This document shows, piece after piece, positions 1-11,732 of a stretch of 37,232 bases of DNA. Under the pieces are notes generated by a model, which worked only from the letters and a program-made list of their open reading frames with translations, had not been told where the DNA came from and did not search any database. Both the position numbers and the translations under genes were made by a program. The stretch spans positions 1 to 37,232 of the forward strand of contig JASVEC010000170.1 of NCBI GenBank assembly GCA_030770535.1, given 5' to 3'. How positions within the stretch are numbered: position 1 is the first letter of the stretch; every line of letters starts with the position of its first letter. The DNA is from Batkoa obscura. Lineage: Eukaryota.

Positions 1-711
1 TTTAAATATGTTTACATGAAAAAATAAAGTAAAACTGTAAGATTTATTTTATGATAGTTAATGGATTGTCATGCTTAGACAATAAATATATGCAATGATA
101 TCTTTTTTGTTAAACTTTGTTAAAAAGTCGTGCAACTTTAAACATTATATAAAAATGGACTAAATGATAGAACAAAAAGATATTCCCATATTTATATTCT
201 TATGTTAATATTATAGCAAAGCTTTAAGAATAGCAAGGATTCTTTGTGCTTATTCTACAACTTAGCATATATCTTTTGATTAGTTATATCGTTGACAATA
301 TACCTAGTCACATTATTTTGTTTTTAGAGAAAGCTTAAATGGAACAGTCAGATATTAGAAAAAGAACAAAAGTAAGAATAATATGTGAGTATTCGATGAT
401 TGAAGTTATCCTTACTCAAAGGGGTCCCCTTTGAACCAGAACAGATGATAAAGACTCTTGATTTTTTTGCAGCAGCTAATGGGTAAAAGTTTGCTAAAAA
501 TTTGAAAGATTATACAAATATTTGTTATTAATTTATTAATTAAAAAACAAATTTAACTATAGTATTAACAATTGATTTATTTGTATATTAATATTACTTA
601 TATTTGAGTCAAGAAAAAACTAATATTTATTTAAATGTACTTAGAAACTCAGCGCGAAATATAATTATTGATATTAATTTTTTACTCTATAAATAACCAT
701 TTGTATTCAAC

Positions 712-801
712 TTGCTTTTTTTGTTTAAAAATTTTACTAATTAGCCTACTCAATAGTACTTGAAAAATGGAAAAAGTGATAAAATCAAAAGAAACATCCC
801 C
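712..801 (+). mobile_element. 99-bp MITE family, 5'-eroded copy
   Basis: Contains ...AATTTTACTAA...AAAAATGGAAAAAGTGAT...AAACATCCCC followed by ATAT (802-805), matching the intact copies. Left terminus not recognisable, so the start is approximate. Confidence 0.8.
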
Positions 802-2174
802 ATATGTTTTATTATAAAGAGTATAATTATCAATAATTTAATTTAGTTTTAAAAAAAATGGTATTTACAATTGTTTTATAAGAAACTAGTCTTATTAAAA
901 ATAGAAATATTATCATAGTCTAACTGATAAATTATATAAAGTGACTATAGTCTTATGAACCAATAGCGATGTAAGTACTGATAAAAAATTTGGGAGGGGT
1001 AACGATACTATATTGGTATATCAAACAGTTAACCATAATAATCCTAATAGAATAATAGTTTTAGTATATTCGCTACGCAAACATTGAATTAACGGCCCTA
1101 CATTGGCCAAAAGTTAGCAGTCTTGAATTTAGGTTTAAATATTTTCGACTACTTATATATTTTAAGCAAGGGCTCCATATTCTTCAAATTGTTTGCAAAG
1201 CTTTTGACCCCATCACTAAGGAGCTCCTGAGCTATAGTAATATACCTATCTCCCTTGTTAGGAGCTTAGTAACTATCACTTCAACTTCTACAATTAATAT
1301 TGAAGTATTTAAAAAGCTAATAAAACTTGACTATTTAAATGTTCAAGATTTAAGGTTAAAAATGGTAATGCAATATTAGATTTTATAAATTAAAATTTAA
1401 TTTATTATGTTAAGGCCCAGCTTAAATGGCGTACTTGAATGAAAAACTATTACTAACAACATTGGGCTTAATTTTAAATCTTAAGTAAATATCAGGCTTA
1501 GTATGAATTACAAGTAATAATGTAAATAATTATTCTATAAATTCAGGTTATAAGCCAGATTCAAATTACTTTATATTTAATATTAAGCTAAGGAATACAT
1601 TTGCTACAAGTATAAACAAATACAATAAATAAAAAATGAATTTCTTATATCTGAATAAATTAGAATATAAAGTAATAGTTTTTTTTTTGGAAAATAATTT
1701 TTTTGTATTAGTACTTCATCCCTAATAAATCTATAAAGGGGAGTTTTGCTTATAGAAAATAGCCAATAAAGCACAAAATACAGCTCAATTTAAAGTTTTT
1801 ATTAATGCCATAGTAACTGAAATCACATTACATTACTAAGTGCGTTTAGAATAAGGAATTTTAATTACTATTGTAAAACCGAAAAAGTGGAGATATTATT
1901 GTGTGAGAAAATAATATCAAAAAATACAAGCTAAAATGTTTAAAGGTAAAGGTTTTTTATACACAAAAAGATCTTATTCAAGGTATAGAAAGCTTAATAA
2001 GGGATAATTAAACAGTTGGAGATAGGGGTCAAAAATTAGCAATATCTGCAGAGTATTAATATTAAAGGCAAATAATTATAGGCATGGATCAATACAAAAC
2101 TTATAAAATTATATTCAAAAATCAAATGGTTGGGCCAAGTGCTGGACGTGAATATTGATGGTAAAAGACACAAC

Positions 2175-3376
2175 TTATTGTGAATGGCTTTGGTTTTGGG
2201 TGTAACCGTCTTCATCAATACTACCTAAACCTTGAACTTTAGGTAAAAGGTCCAAATCAGTAAATTCCCCTTCAGCTTGCTTTTGGCTAATAAGAGTTTG
2301 AAGCTGGCGAATGTAGTCCACTGATTTACGTAAAATTTGTCCTTTGTTACTCTTGGAATTATCAATTAAAGAGCTTGGGAGAAGAGTACTAAGCTCTTGA
2401 ATTTTCTCATTGATGTTATCACGACGACGTCTTTCAACTACAAAAAATAAATGAGCAACTATTTTTTTTAAATTTTTGATTATAATTACCAGCATTATGA
2501 GATTCTCTGCGACGACGACGTTTTTCCATCATTATTATGTCACTAATTAAAATTTAGATACCGAATACAAATAACTAAAATCAACTTACTGTTTCGCGAG
2601 ATGATCGGGGTCTAGCCCAACTGAGCCTCTAGCAGATCTTGAAGTTGAGTGTGGCCCATCTGGATTTACTCCATGATTATACCACCCAGAGTTTTGAGAA
2701 GCTTGATTTGGTAAAGACATAGAATAATGTCCTTGGTTGGGAGGATTTGATGCAAAATTGATGTATTGATCTATATTATCATTGCTGAAGCTATTTGCAT
2801 GATGTCGATTTACCATTCTTGGATTTGAAAGGGATGGGCGTGGGGATGGGAGTTTGCACCGAAACTCGCGGACAAAGAAGGGTCGCTTTCATTAGAATCA
2901 TAATTAAAATCTTCTGAAATAGGGGATATAATGTTGTGTGGTGAATTATTCAATGATGGTTCTCGAATTCCGTACAAATTTGGGTCGTCCCAGTTATTAA
3001 AACGGGGTGGGCGATGACGATTAATATTTATAGGAGCAACCATAGAAGATGTTGTAACTCCAATACCATCACCATCTGGACCATGGTTATCAAACATGGG
3101 TTCATTCTTTAATGAGTTGGAAAAAGGAGCTACCATATTAGGCATAGATCCAGAGTGTAGTGACAAACGTCTTTGATGATGAGGATGGTGTTGTTGGTGG
3201 TGTTGCTGATAATGGTGTGGGATTGCTTGTCCATTACCTGCAACTTGTGGTCCCATTGCTTGCTGACCTTGTTGCATGTATGGTGGAAAATTACCATAGT
3301 TGTAGAAATTAGGATCATTTGGTGCATTTATGTTATCTCCTGACATACTACGTCCGTTAGGGAAATTATGATTCAT
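2175..3376 (-). CDS. bHLH transcription factor, MiT/TFE / Rtg3-like
   Basis: Removing GT-AG introns 2543-2589 and 2438-2489 gives [33 protein letters not shown]...[17 protein letters not shown], a canonical bHLH. The N-terminus is N/Q/H/P-rich low complexity. ORFs 2810-3376 and 2586-2816 are out of frame near 2810-2830 (see findings). Confidence 0.88.
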
Positions 3377-6300
3377 TTTTGATTATTATTAAAGCTGTTA
3401 ACAGAAAGGGTTCTACCCAAAAAAATAAATTATGTATTAAAAAGTAAATAAGTACACTATAGCACTCAAATGAAAAAAGTCAAACAATATATGAAAAGAC
3501 AATGGATATTCTAAAATTGCAGAAGGTTAATGAATATATTATATTGTTTCAAAGAATATTCAATTTAATTAAGGAATGAAAATCGAATTTTTTGGTTTTA
3601 AAAATATTGCTGGTCAGGCGACTAAAGCACCTTTTTATAGCTTAATATGAATAATAGGACTCAACAAAATATTACTATCCTTAAGATGAGTAGGCTTTTA
3701 TCCTTAGTTAAGCCAATCATTTTAAAAATTACTTATAATTCTCCCAATCATTAACAGTGGATATTAATGTTTCAAAATTATAATAATATTATTGGCTATT
3801 TAAAGGATAAGGGATTCTTTTTTAAACCAACCAACATTTAGTATTTTGTTCTAGGCTGGATACCTTTACTAATTTTAAAAAATGAGCTTAATTCCGGTTT
3901 GTTTCCAAAATATACTGTTTATTTATTCGTACCTTTGAATATTTGCAGGTAACATTATAAAATTTATATAAAATTCTTAAAACCTTTTAACTAAAATAAG
4001 CAAATAATTATCCATTGTTTACATTCATTAGGCTTGGTAATGTTCAAGGTTTATAAAATACCCTCAATGAAATGAATAATATACGAAGGGTGTCTAGTGT
4101 AAATGTGAGTATTATTAATTTCATATCAAACGAGAACACAGATAATCAAGATATAGTATCAGTTATAATTTATTATTAAAATAGATATCCTTAATTAAAT
4201 GAATTGAAAATATAATAATATTAAGTGCATATTTTATCGTAGTAATAAAAATGGTTTAAGCCGTTTTTGAATTCACTCCCCTAATTTAATATATTGACTT
4301 GGGCGAAATTTTATTGAAGAATACCAATATACAATAGGAATATACGACTACTTATTTGATATTAAAATACACAAATTTACATAGTGTTGGTAACTTCTCC
4401 TTAATATTATTCTCAAAATTAAGTACATTTCCTTAATTAAGTAAAATTTCGTACAGCGTGACCCCGCATAATTCCTTAAAGGCTCAAATTTCAAATACTT
4501 TATCAAATTGTTCTTATTTTGGCATTCCTGTCTACTTGTATGACTCAGACTTTGCATAATTGACAATTTAACTAGAAATTTGACAAAATGCTTAAAAAAC
4601 CATTCAACACCACCAAACCACTTTAAAGAAAACTTATAATATATTTTATTTATGGCTTTAAAATAGGAATGAGTATTAAATTTATTTTTAATATAAATGA
4701 CGGCAATGTTCTTTAGTTTCTTGACAAAATTGCTATATCCCCCTAAACCATATTCCTTACTTATATGCTGTACACTAATAATTTCTAATTATCCCTTCAT
4801 ATTATATTCTATGAGTGCTAAAGAATATTTTTAATTTGATTATTAGCTAATAAATTGAATTTAGTTTATAAGAATAATTTTAATTAATTTTCGAAATTAT
4901 AGTAAACTCCAAGGATGAACAGATACTACAAGTAGCTTAGTTTATAATATTGGCCTTCAATAACCTTAAGATTCGTAAAAGTAGTTTTAATAGTTTGCGA
5001 AAAACTACTAATGGAAGTAAATTTATTGATCCTCTTTAAATATATCAAGCTTGATTTTTATATAAAATTACAAATTTGATTATCTCATAGCACATTTTAC
5101 AAAAATTGATGGGCTGCTAACCTCAAAACACATCAAAATAGAAACTCTAATGATTATAGTCACTTAATATTTATTACTTTCCCTCTTATAGTATAATATA
5201 GATGCTAGTCTTAAATGTATTTAAATCTGTTAGCATGCTAACAAAATGCAAACATCATTTTCCTTAATGCCATAACTGATATGTAGTAATAAACCTTTTT
5301 CCAGTTTTTCAAATTCAAAGTCGTACTTATTCTTAATGTAATCGTAAACTAAAGCAGCTGATTATATCGCTAAATTTAATGTCATCATTAATATAAGATG
5401 ATCTTAATGAATTAATTGACTAATATATTATAAAATATTGGAATAACTATGGTTGATGCTAAGTGATATTGAAATCCTGTTTCGTCTATTACGCCCTTAA
5501 ACAAAATGATCCATCTAAATTTCAATTTTATTCTTTTTAATAAACTACCCTTTTAAACCATAACGCTGTAAGGGATTTTGTAGAAATAGACATGTTAAAT
5601 GTCATTTAATCTTTCAATATTTATTAAAAATTATTTTTTGGCTATAAATCGTAATTTAACAAAAAAATAGTGTTATGATTTCAATTAGCTTAACAACGGT
5701 ATTGGGGTATATTTATAAGCAAGTTTACTAATTTTGTTAAATTGTACCTTAACTATCTTGAAGGAAATCGATTAAAAACCCTATAGCAACTACTATCCTA
5801 AAATAAAGAAACTTGTGGCCAAATCAGCTGGTGTATGTCGTAATAAGACATTTATGCTACTTCTTAAAAGACCATCTCAGCATTTTTGTCTCAAACAAAT
5901 TCAGTTTTAGAAACCTACCTTTTGATAGTATATTAGCAATCTAAGCAGATAATAGAAATTCGCTTTTATAAAATAAGGCTTTATTTTGTTTACCTCAATT
6001 TAAATGATCGCATGATGTAGTATAGCAATACAATAAAGCGAAAATAAAGTAAATCAAAGTGATAGTATGTTTTAGTCTCGATTTATTAAATGCTATATTT
6101 TTCTACCGATATAAATCTTTTTATAGTTCACGCTACTAAAATTAAACTGTAAACCACAAAAGTTTTATTTATTCATAGTTTGGGTTTAGTAGTTTTTCTG
6201 TTGAATAAATATTAAAATCCGATTACCTTTTCTTTTGAATGAACACAGGTGTATCATTTTATATACTTTATAAATAATAGTTTAATAATTGATCATCTCT

Positions 6301-7757
6301 TATATTTCTAAAAAGTGAGATTTTTGTTTTATACTTATATATTACTAATTATGATATGCCCTCAATAACTTATAATAATCAATTGTTTGAAAGGATTATT
6401 TCAACTTGATGTTATATAGCTTTTCCCTTATGTTCATGTAATGAGTAATTAAAGTATTTTAAGGCGTTACTGTTTATAGAAAAAATAAAGTTCAATGTAA
6501 ACAATCTAGCATCTGGCAGTAATTATAATCAACACTTTACTATCCCACATTTTATATATTTAATACTACTTTTTACCTCCATCGCTTTCTAAATTAATAA
6601 TATAAATATATTAGTAGCAGTTTATACCACTCTATCAAATCAAAGTTATGGAAACCAAATTAGATATCCTAAAATTTTTGTCTTCTACTTTCTTGGTCTG
6701 ATGAAATATAGCCTAATTACTAGGCGGAAATTGAGTATTGAAAATTAGAGTAGTGTAAACTTTAAGCCATTTTTGTTGAATGAATTTCAGTGTTAATTTT
6801 TTTTATGCAGATTAATTTCATATTAATATAAACCGAACTAAAGTTTCGGGTTTTAGTGTAAATACAAAGGTGAGAAGCTTCAGAATAAATATGAAATATT
6901 TATCCTGAAAATATATTAAAGTAATAATAGTTGTATTGATACATAAGCCTTATAAGTTTTAAGCTTATCTGGTATCCCTTGGTAAGGAATTTTGATGTTA
7001 CAATGTAATACAATCTCATAGTGAAATCATTTTAGTAGAGTTGTATAATAAATGGCTGTATTATTTTATGTTTATACAGCTGTAAATGCTATATTAAATA
7101 ATTTGAAGTAGCTTTAATTTATTGAACTAGGCCTAATTAAAAATTAAAAATTAATATTATCGCTTGTTTAATCCAGAGAGTGACTATTTTTTTAACAAAA
7201 AATGACATAACTTGGAAGCTAATATATTGTTTATGAAGCACAATTTCTATTCTTTAGTTTTAAAGTACAAGACTACATAATTAACTAATACAGATTGGAC
7301 CGAATAGGAACATTTAATTCGGACCGATTGAGGTATTGATCAAGTGATTATCAAATGATAAACCCATTACATATTGCTGATTAATTTTCGGTTCATGTGA
7401 GAAATAATGTTAGATTATTTATAAATTTGTCCTTCTAAGAATAACTTTTATTTTAATAAAATTTAAGTAAAAAACCTATTTTTATATGTTAGTTTTATTT
7501 AAATTATAACCAAATACTCTTTTAAAAAACATAAAAAACATGAACATGTTTTTTTGTTTCATTTCTTTATCGATTTTTATGTAAAGGAGAAATTGAACAA
7601 GTTATTAAATAAATTTTTAAAAAGACATTACCAGATAAGTATTCTATCACTTAAGAAATCAAAGCTCCTGTTATACAAAATTTGTCTTTTGTTAGGAAAA
7701 TAACAATTTATTTCTGTTATAAAAAGTTATTTAATTAATATAAGAAGGAGTTTCTTT

Positions 7758-7830
7758 ATTTAAGGACTTTACCAGTAATTTTTTGATTTAGACAACACTT
7801 AAGATAAAAAAAGTGATAAAATTAAAAGAA
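7758..7830 (+). mobile_element. degenerate MITE fragment
   Basis: TTTAAGGACTTTACCAGTAATTTTT...CACTTAAGATAAAAAAAGTGATAAAATTAAAAG resembles the MITE core. Termini are lost. Confidence 0.4.
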
Positions 7831-7855
7831 TAGTACTTTTAATTGCTATATATAT

Positions 7856-7949
7856 GGGGTGTTTTTTTGGCTTCATCACTTTTCTATCTTTTAAGCGCCA
7901 CTTGAACAAGAAAATTGTTAGTGAAATTCTTAAACAAAAATACATTCCC
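7856..7949 (-). mobile_element. 99-bp MITE family copy
   Basis: ATAT|GGGGTGTTTTTTTGGCTTCATCAC...TTCTTAAACAAAAATACATTCCC is the reverse complement of the family consensus. Confidence 0.88.
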
Positions 7950-8156
7950 AATAATTAACTAATGTTTATTATTTTTTATGTTTTGTTAAGGAGTTTTAAT
8001 ACTATGTTTTAATAAATGTTTATTACTTAAATGAAAAAATATATGCTTACAATTTTTTATCATTATTATAGCTAAAAAACAATACTTTTATAAAAACATT
8101 ATGAAAATAATTAATTAACTAATTATTAGTCAGAATAGTATTATATATATTAATTA

Positions 8157-8217
8157 TTAAGAATTTTACTAGTAGTTTTTCCATTTAAATAAAAAAATAG
8201 AAAAAGTAGTAAAATTG
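8157..8217 (+). mobile_element. internal MITE fragment
   Basis: TTAAGAATTTTACTAGTAGTTTTTCCATTTAAAT...AAATAGAAAAAGTAGT matches the MITE core without termini. Confidence 0.5.
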
Positions 8218-8250
8218 GCTTATTTAAAAGAAAATTAAAAAACAAATGTT

Positions 8251-8702
8251 TATGAAATCTGGTACTCAGTGGTTGGAGTCAAAAGCAGCTCTTGGTTGAC
8301 TAGTCGTAAGTCGAAAAGTCTTAGTTTATGTATAACTAAGATAGACCTGGATTATGAATAATAGCATGTAATAAGCTACGAACCATGTAAGACGAATAGA
8401 ATAGACAACACTACTATAAAATCTATGTAAAATACTATTAGAAAGATTTAGTGGCTTTATTAAAGATACAACATCAGAGAATAATTCAACTAAAAAGTTT
8501 CGAGTTACTATGTTCTAAAACCTCTTTTATACTTTAACTATGGATATCAAAACAGGAAGATAATAATGTCCTTTAGAATTATATGACACAAACTCCCATA
8601 GCAAATCAAAATAAAGGCTTAGAGTTGCTTGTGTCTGAACTCGAGAACACAGCTTAAGCGATTGTTATGTCAATCATAGAATTAACAAAGCGATATTTTA
8701 CA
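8251..8702 (-). mobile_element. solo-LTR-like element, copy A (~450 bp)
   Basis: Homologous to 27619-28077, 28491-28944 and 29614-30075. Termini TATGAAAT...ATTTTACA (consensus TGTGAAAT...ATTTCACA). On the - strand TATAAAAGAGG (8521-8531) is followed by AATAAA (8456-8461); strand is inferred from these signals. No matching TSD visible. Confidence 0.7.
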
Positions 8703-8804
8703 TACTTAATATAATTTATAAAACTTTTCTGTTCAAAAAAGTGTTTTGATCAAGTTATAAAATTAATAAAAAGTTTTTAATAATTACAAAGACTTAAAAC
8801 TATT

Positions 8805-8895
8805 GGGATGTATTTTACTTAAATTTTACTAACAATTTTTCCGCTCAAATAGCGCTTAAAAATGGAAAGAGTAATGAAACCAAAAAAACATTCCC
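8805..8895 (+). mobile_element. 99-bp MITE family copy
   Basis: GGGATGTATTTT...TTTTACTAACAATTTTTCCGCTCAAATAGCGCTTAAAAATGGAAAG...AAACATTCCC. A further right-end fragment follows at ~8899-8920 (...GACATCCTC|ATAT). Confidence 0.88.
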
Positions 8896-8932
8896 AGGTG
8901 ATGAAATCAAAGACATCCTCATATATTCATAT

Positions 8933-9031
8933 GGGAGTGTTTTTTTTGGCTTCATTACTTTTTCTATTTTTTAAGCGCTATTTGAGTGGAAAATTTGTTA
9001 GTAAAATTCTTAAACACAAAAATACATCCCC
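8933..9031 (-). mobile_element. 99-bp MITE family, intact copy
   Basis: ATAT|GGGAGTGTTTTTTTTG...CAAAAATACATCCCC|ATAT, with ~14-bp imperfect TIRs and an ATAT TSD. Confidence 0.93.
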
Positions 9032-9929
9032 ATATATTAAAAATGGTAAAAACTAAATATTAATTATTAATTATTAAATGTTAATTAAAATCAAGTGTTA
9101 TACTTTTTTAATAATCCCATCTTAGTTATAAACTAAAACAAAACTCCTTTTTCATTTGTATTAAAACTTTTAAAAGTATAATTCGACTACAACTACATTA
9201 GTAAAATTGTTTATATAAAAATGTGATATCTAATTTTCACATTTAAAAAGTTATTAAGAATACATTAGTTTTTAATCTTTAGCCATTTTTTTGTATTTAA
9301 TTTAATCCGCTTTTGCTATACAAAATGCTTCCTATATAATTCTATTAGATATTACTCAATATTTAATAGTATATTTTGACTTTATATCAATTTAAACACT
9401 TTAAGAAAGCTGGATTATTTAGTTTAAATAAAACTTTACAACATAAATATTTATATTTACTATGCCCAATTTAATCGTATTATAGTATTTCTATATAGAC
9501 AAGCTATATCGTGTATCACCATTTGATTCTTATCTATATAAATAATGCTAGGGCCTTGATAATATTAAACCTACCGATATAGCTTTTATAAAAAAGATCA
9601 AAATATAGTAATATTGTTTAAATGCATATGGGGCTGTCCTAATTGGTTTCAGAATCTACTTAGAAATTAATCCAAATTTAAAATTTCAAGTTTGTGTCCA
9701 ATATAACGGTTAAATCTAAAAAGCCTAAAATTAAATGTCTCTATTTAAGACTTATTTTAATTGTTTCCTTTTCTTAAATAGCTAATTTTTCTAACTATAT
9801 ATTTTATGTTAGTTCTGTTAGATATTTAACAGATATATAATATATAACTATATGATTATATAATTATATAAATACATAATTATATAAACATAGTTATTTG
9901 ACTTTATTTTTTGTTGAAATAAAAATAAA

Positions 9930-11732
9930 ATGCAAACTTTCATAACTAAACTTCGAAATGGAATTTTTGAAAACTTCAATACAATAGGGAGGAGTACACA
10001 ATATAAACATTGTAATTCATTTACATCAATTTTAAGAGCTACTTATAACAACCCAAGGTTTATGGAATTTTATAATAAAGTAAAACAAAGAAAAGATATA
10101 TTATCAAAGTTTACTATCGATAATAATAAACTTAATCAAGTAATGTATAAAATTAGTGCTTTAAGGGAAACAGGAAACAAAAGTCAGCAAGTAGCGTTAT
10201 TATCAACTATAGCTTCAGTATATTCTTTTGATGAATGTAAGAGTTTTGGGTTTAATATAAATAGAAATCAATATGATTATTCAAAAACAAGTAATAATAA
10301 TAAAATATCAACATTACAACCTATTATTAAAAATACAAAAAAAATTAAAGATGACCAAATTGAAACTATCATACAATATTTACTAAATGATTCAACTATT
10401 TCATCAAGATTTAATAAAAAAAGTAACGATAGTAAATATTCATCAGATAATATATATATATTAAATAAAAGTAGAAGAATGATATATAGTAAATATTTGA
10501 ATGATCTAAGAGATAAAGCAGTAGCTAGGTCAACGTTCTTTAAATATATACCAACTAATTTCAAAAATCCAGCAAGAAAAACGGATCTATGTAATATATG
10601 TACCCAGTATACAGTTAGAAAAAAGTTATTTGAAAATAAAATAAATACAGCAAAAAACAAAGCAGAGAAGAAATTTTCAACGAAGAAGAAAAATTATATA
10701 AATTACATAAATTCTGTGTTAATACTCAAAAAAACACATTTAATGAAACTATTAAAAAATTAAATAACAAAAGTTGTATAATAGTTTTAGATTTTAAACA
10801 AAATATGGAAATAGGAACAAGACCAGATTCAATAAATCTAGATCATTATAATAAACAAGCTATATCAGTATTAGGCTTTGGTGTATTATATTTAAAAGAT
10901 GATAAAACAATAGGCAAAGTTTACTTTGATTATTTATCTGAAATATTGAATCATGATTCAGCATATGGGGATGTATTTTTGTATTTAAGAATTTTACTAA
11001 CAATTTTTCCACTCAAACAGTGCTTAAAAGATGAAAAAAATAATGAAGTCAAAAAAAACATCCCCATATGCAGGAGATTGTTTAATCGATTTAATCTCTA
11101 CAGAGCTTCTATTTAAAAAGTTTACAAAAATTAATATATAGGCAGATACAGGAAATCATTTTAGATCCCAAGAGTTTCTACACTATATGTTTAAAGAACT
11201 TCATAAAATAAATAGTAGTTTGAATGTTAATCTTAATTTTTTTGCTGAGCATCATGGAAAAAGTATAGTTGATGGACATTTTGGAAACCTTTCAAAATGG
11301 AAAAGTAGTTTTGAAGCACTAGGTAAAATAGAAGATATCGATCAATTAATTTCAAGATTTGAGGCTTTTATTTGCGAGCATAATAAAATTAATAACTCGA
11401 CTGTTAATAATGGGAAAACAGATATAATTTTTAAAAAGTATAAAAGAAACAAAAATACAAAAAGAATAATAGAGATGCAGGGCATTAAGAAGTATTTACA
11501 CTTTATTAAGCATAACAATAAACTACATTGTTATCCAGTATCTGATACATCAAAAAAAAGCGATATAGTCCCAATTAAAGTTATAGAGTCCATAGAAAAC
11601 AGAAAAATTAAAAGATTGATCCCAGCTTACCTTACGAAGATAACAGAGAATTTAAAAATTTCGATATTTACTAAGCAAGTAAGTAGTTTGTTGAATGATA
11701 GAAATAGATTATTAAATGTTAAGATTACTTAA
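9930..11732 (+). pseudogene. DDD transposase pseudogene (Sola2-like)
   Basis: Reconstructed protein has KTDLCNIC, LHKFCVNTQK, CIIVLDFKQN, [W]ADTGNHFRS and FFAEHHGKSIVDGHFG. Disrupted by a frameshift at ~10660-10670, a MITE at 10967-11065 and TAG at 11139-11141. Confidence 0.85.
10967..11065 (+). mobile_element. 99-bp MITE inserted in transposase copy 1
   Basis: TCAGC-ATAT|GGGGATGTATTTTTG...CAAAAAAAACATCCCC|ATAT-GCAGG. Removing it plus one ATAT restores NHDSAYAGDCLIDLI. Confidence 0.95.

Noticed and set aside
3400..7700. Long gene-free region upstream of the bHLH gene, including ORF 4348-4566
   Set aside because: No convincing exons, repeats or RNA-gene structure found by eye. The ORF lacks an ATG start and any motif.
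7758..9031. Recurrent ~100-bp repeats considered as a CRISPR-like array
   Set aside because: Eukaryotic context, irregular spacing, mixed orientation, and TIRs with TSDs identify them as MITEs.
8862..9056. 64-aa ORF, and similar ORFs 13114-13308, 30560-30775 and parts of 26585-26773 and 10805-11116 sharing a FKxYLSGKxVSKILK-like peptide
   Set aside because: The shared peptide is simply translated MITE sequence, not a protein family.
10277..10660. 127-aa hydrophobic ORF and its counterpart 27069-27272
   Set aside because: Antisense shadow of the A-rich transposase; the hydrophobicity comes from T-rich codons.
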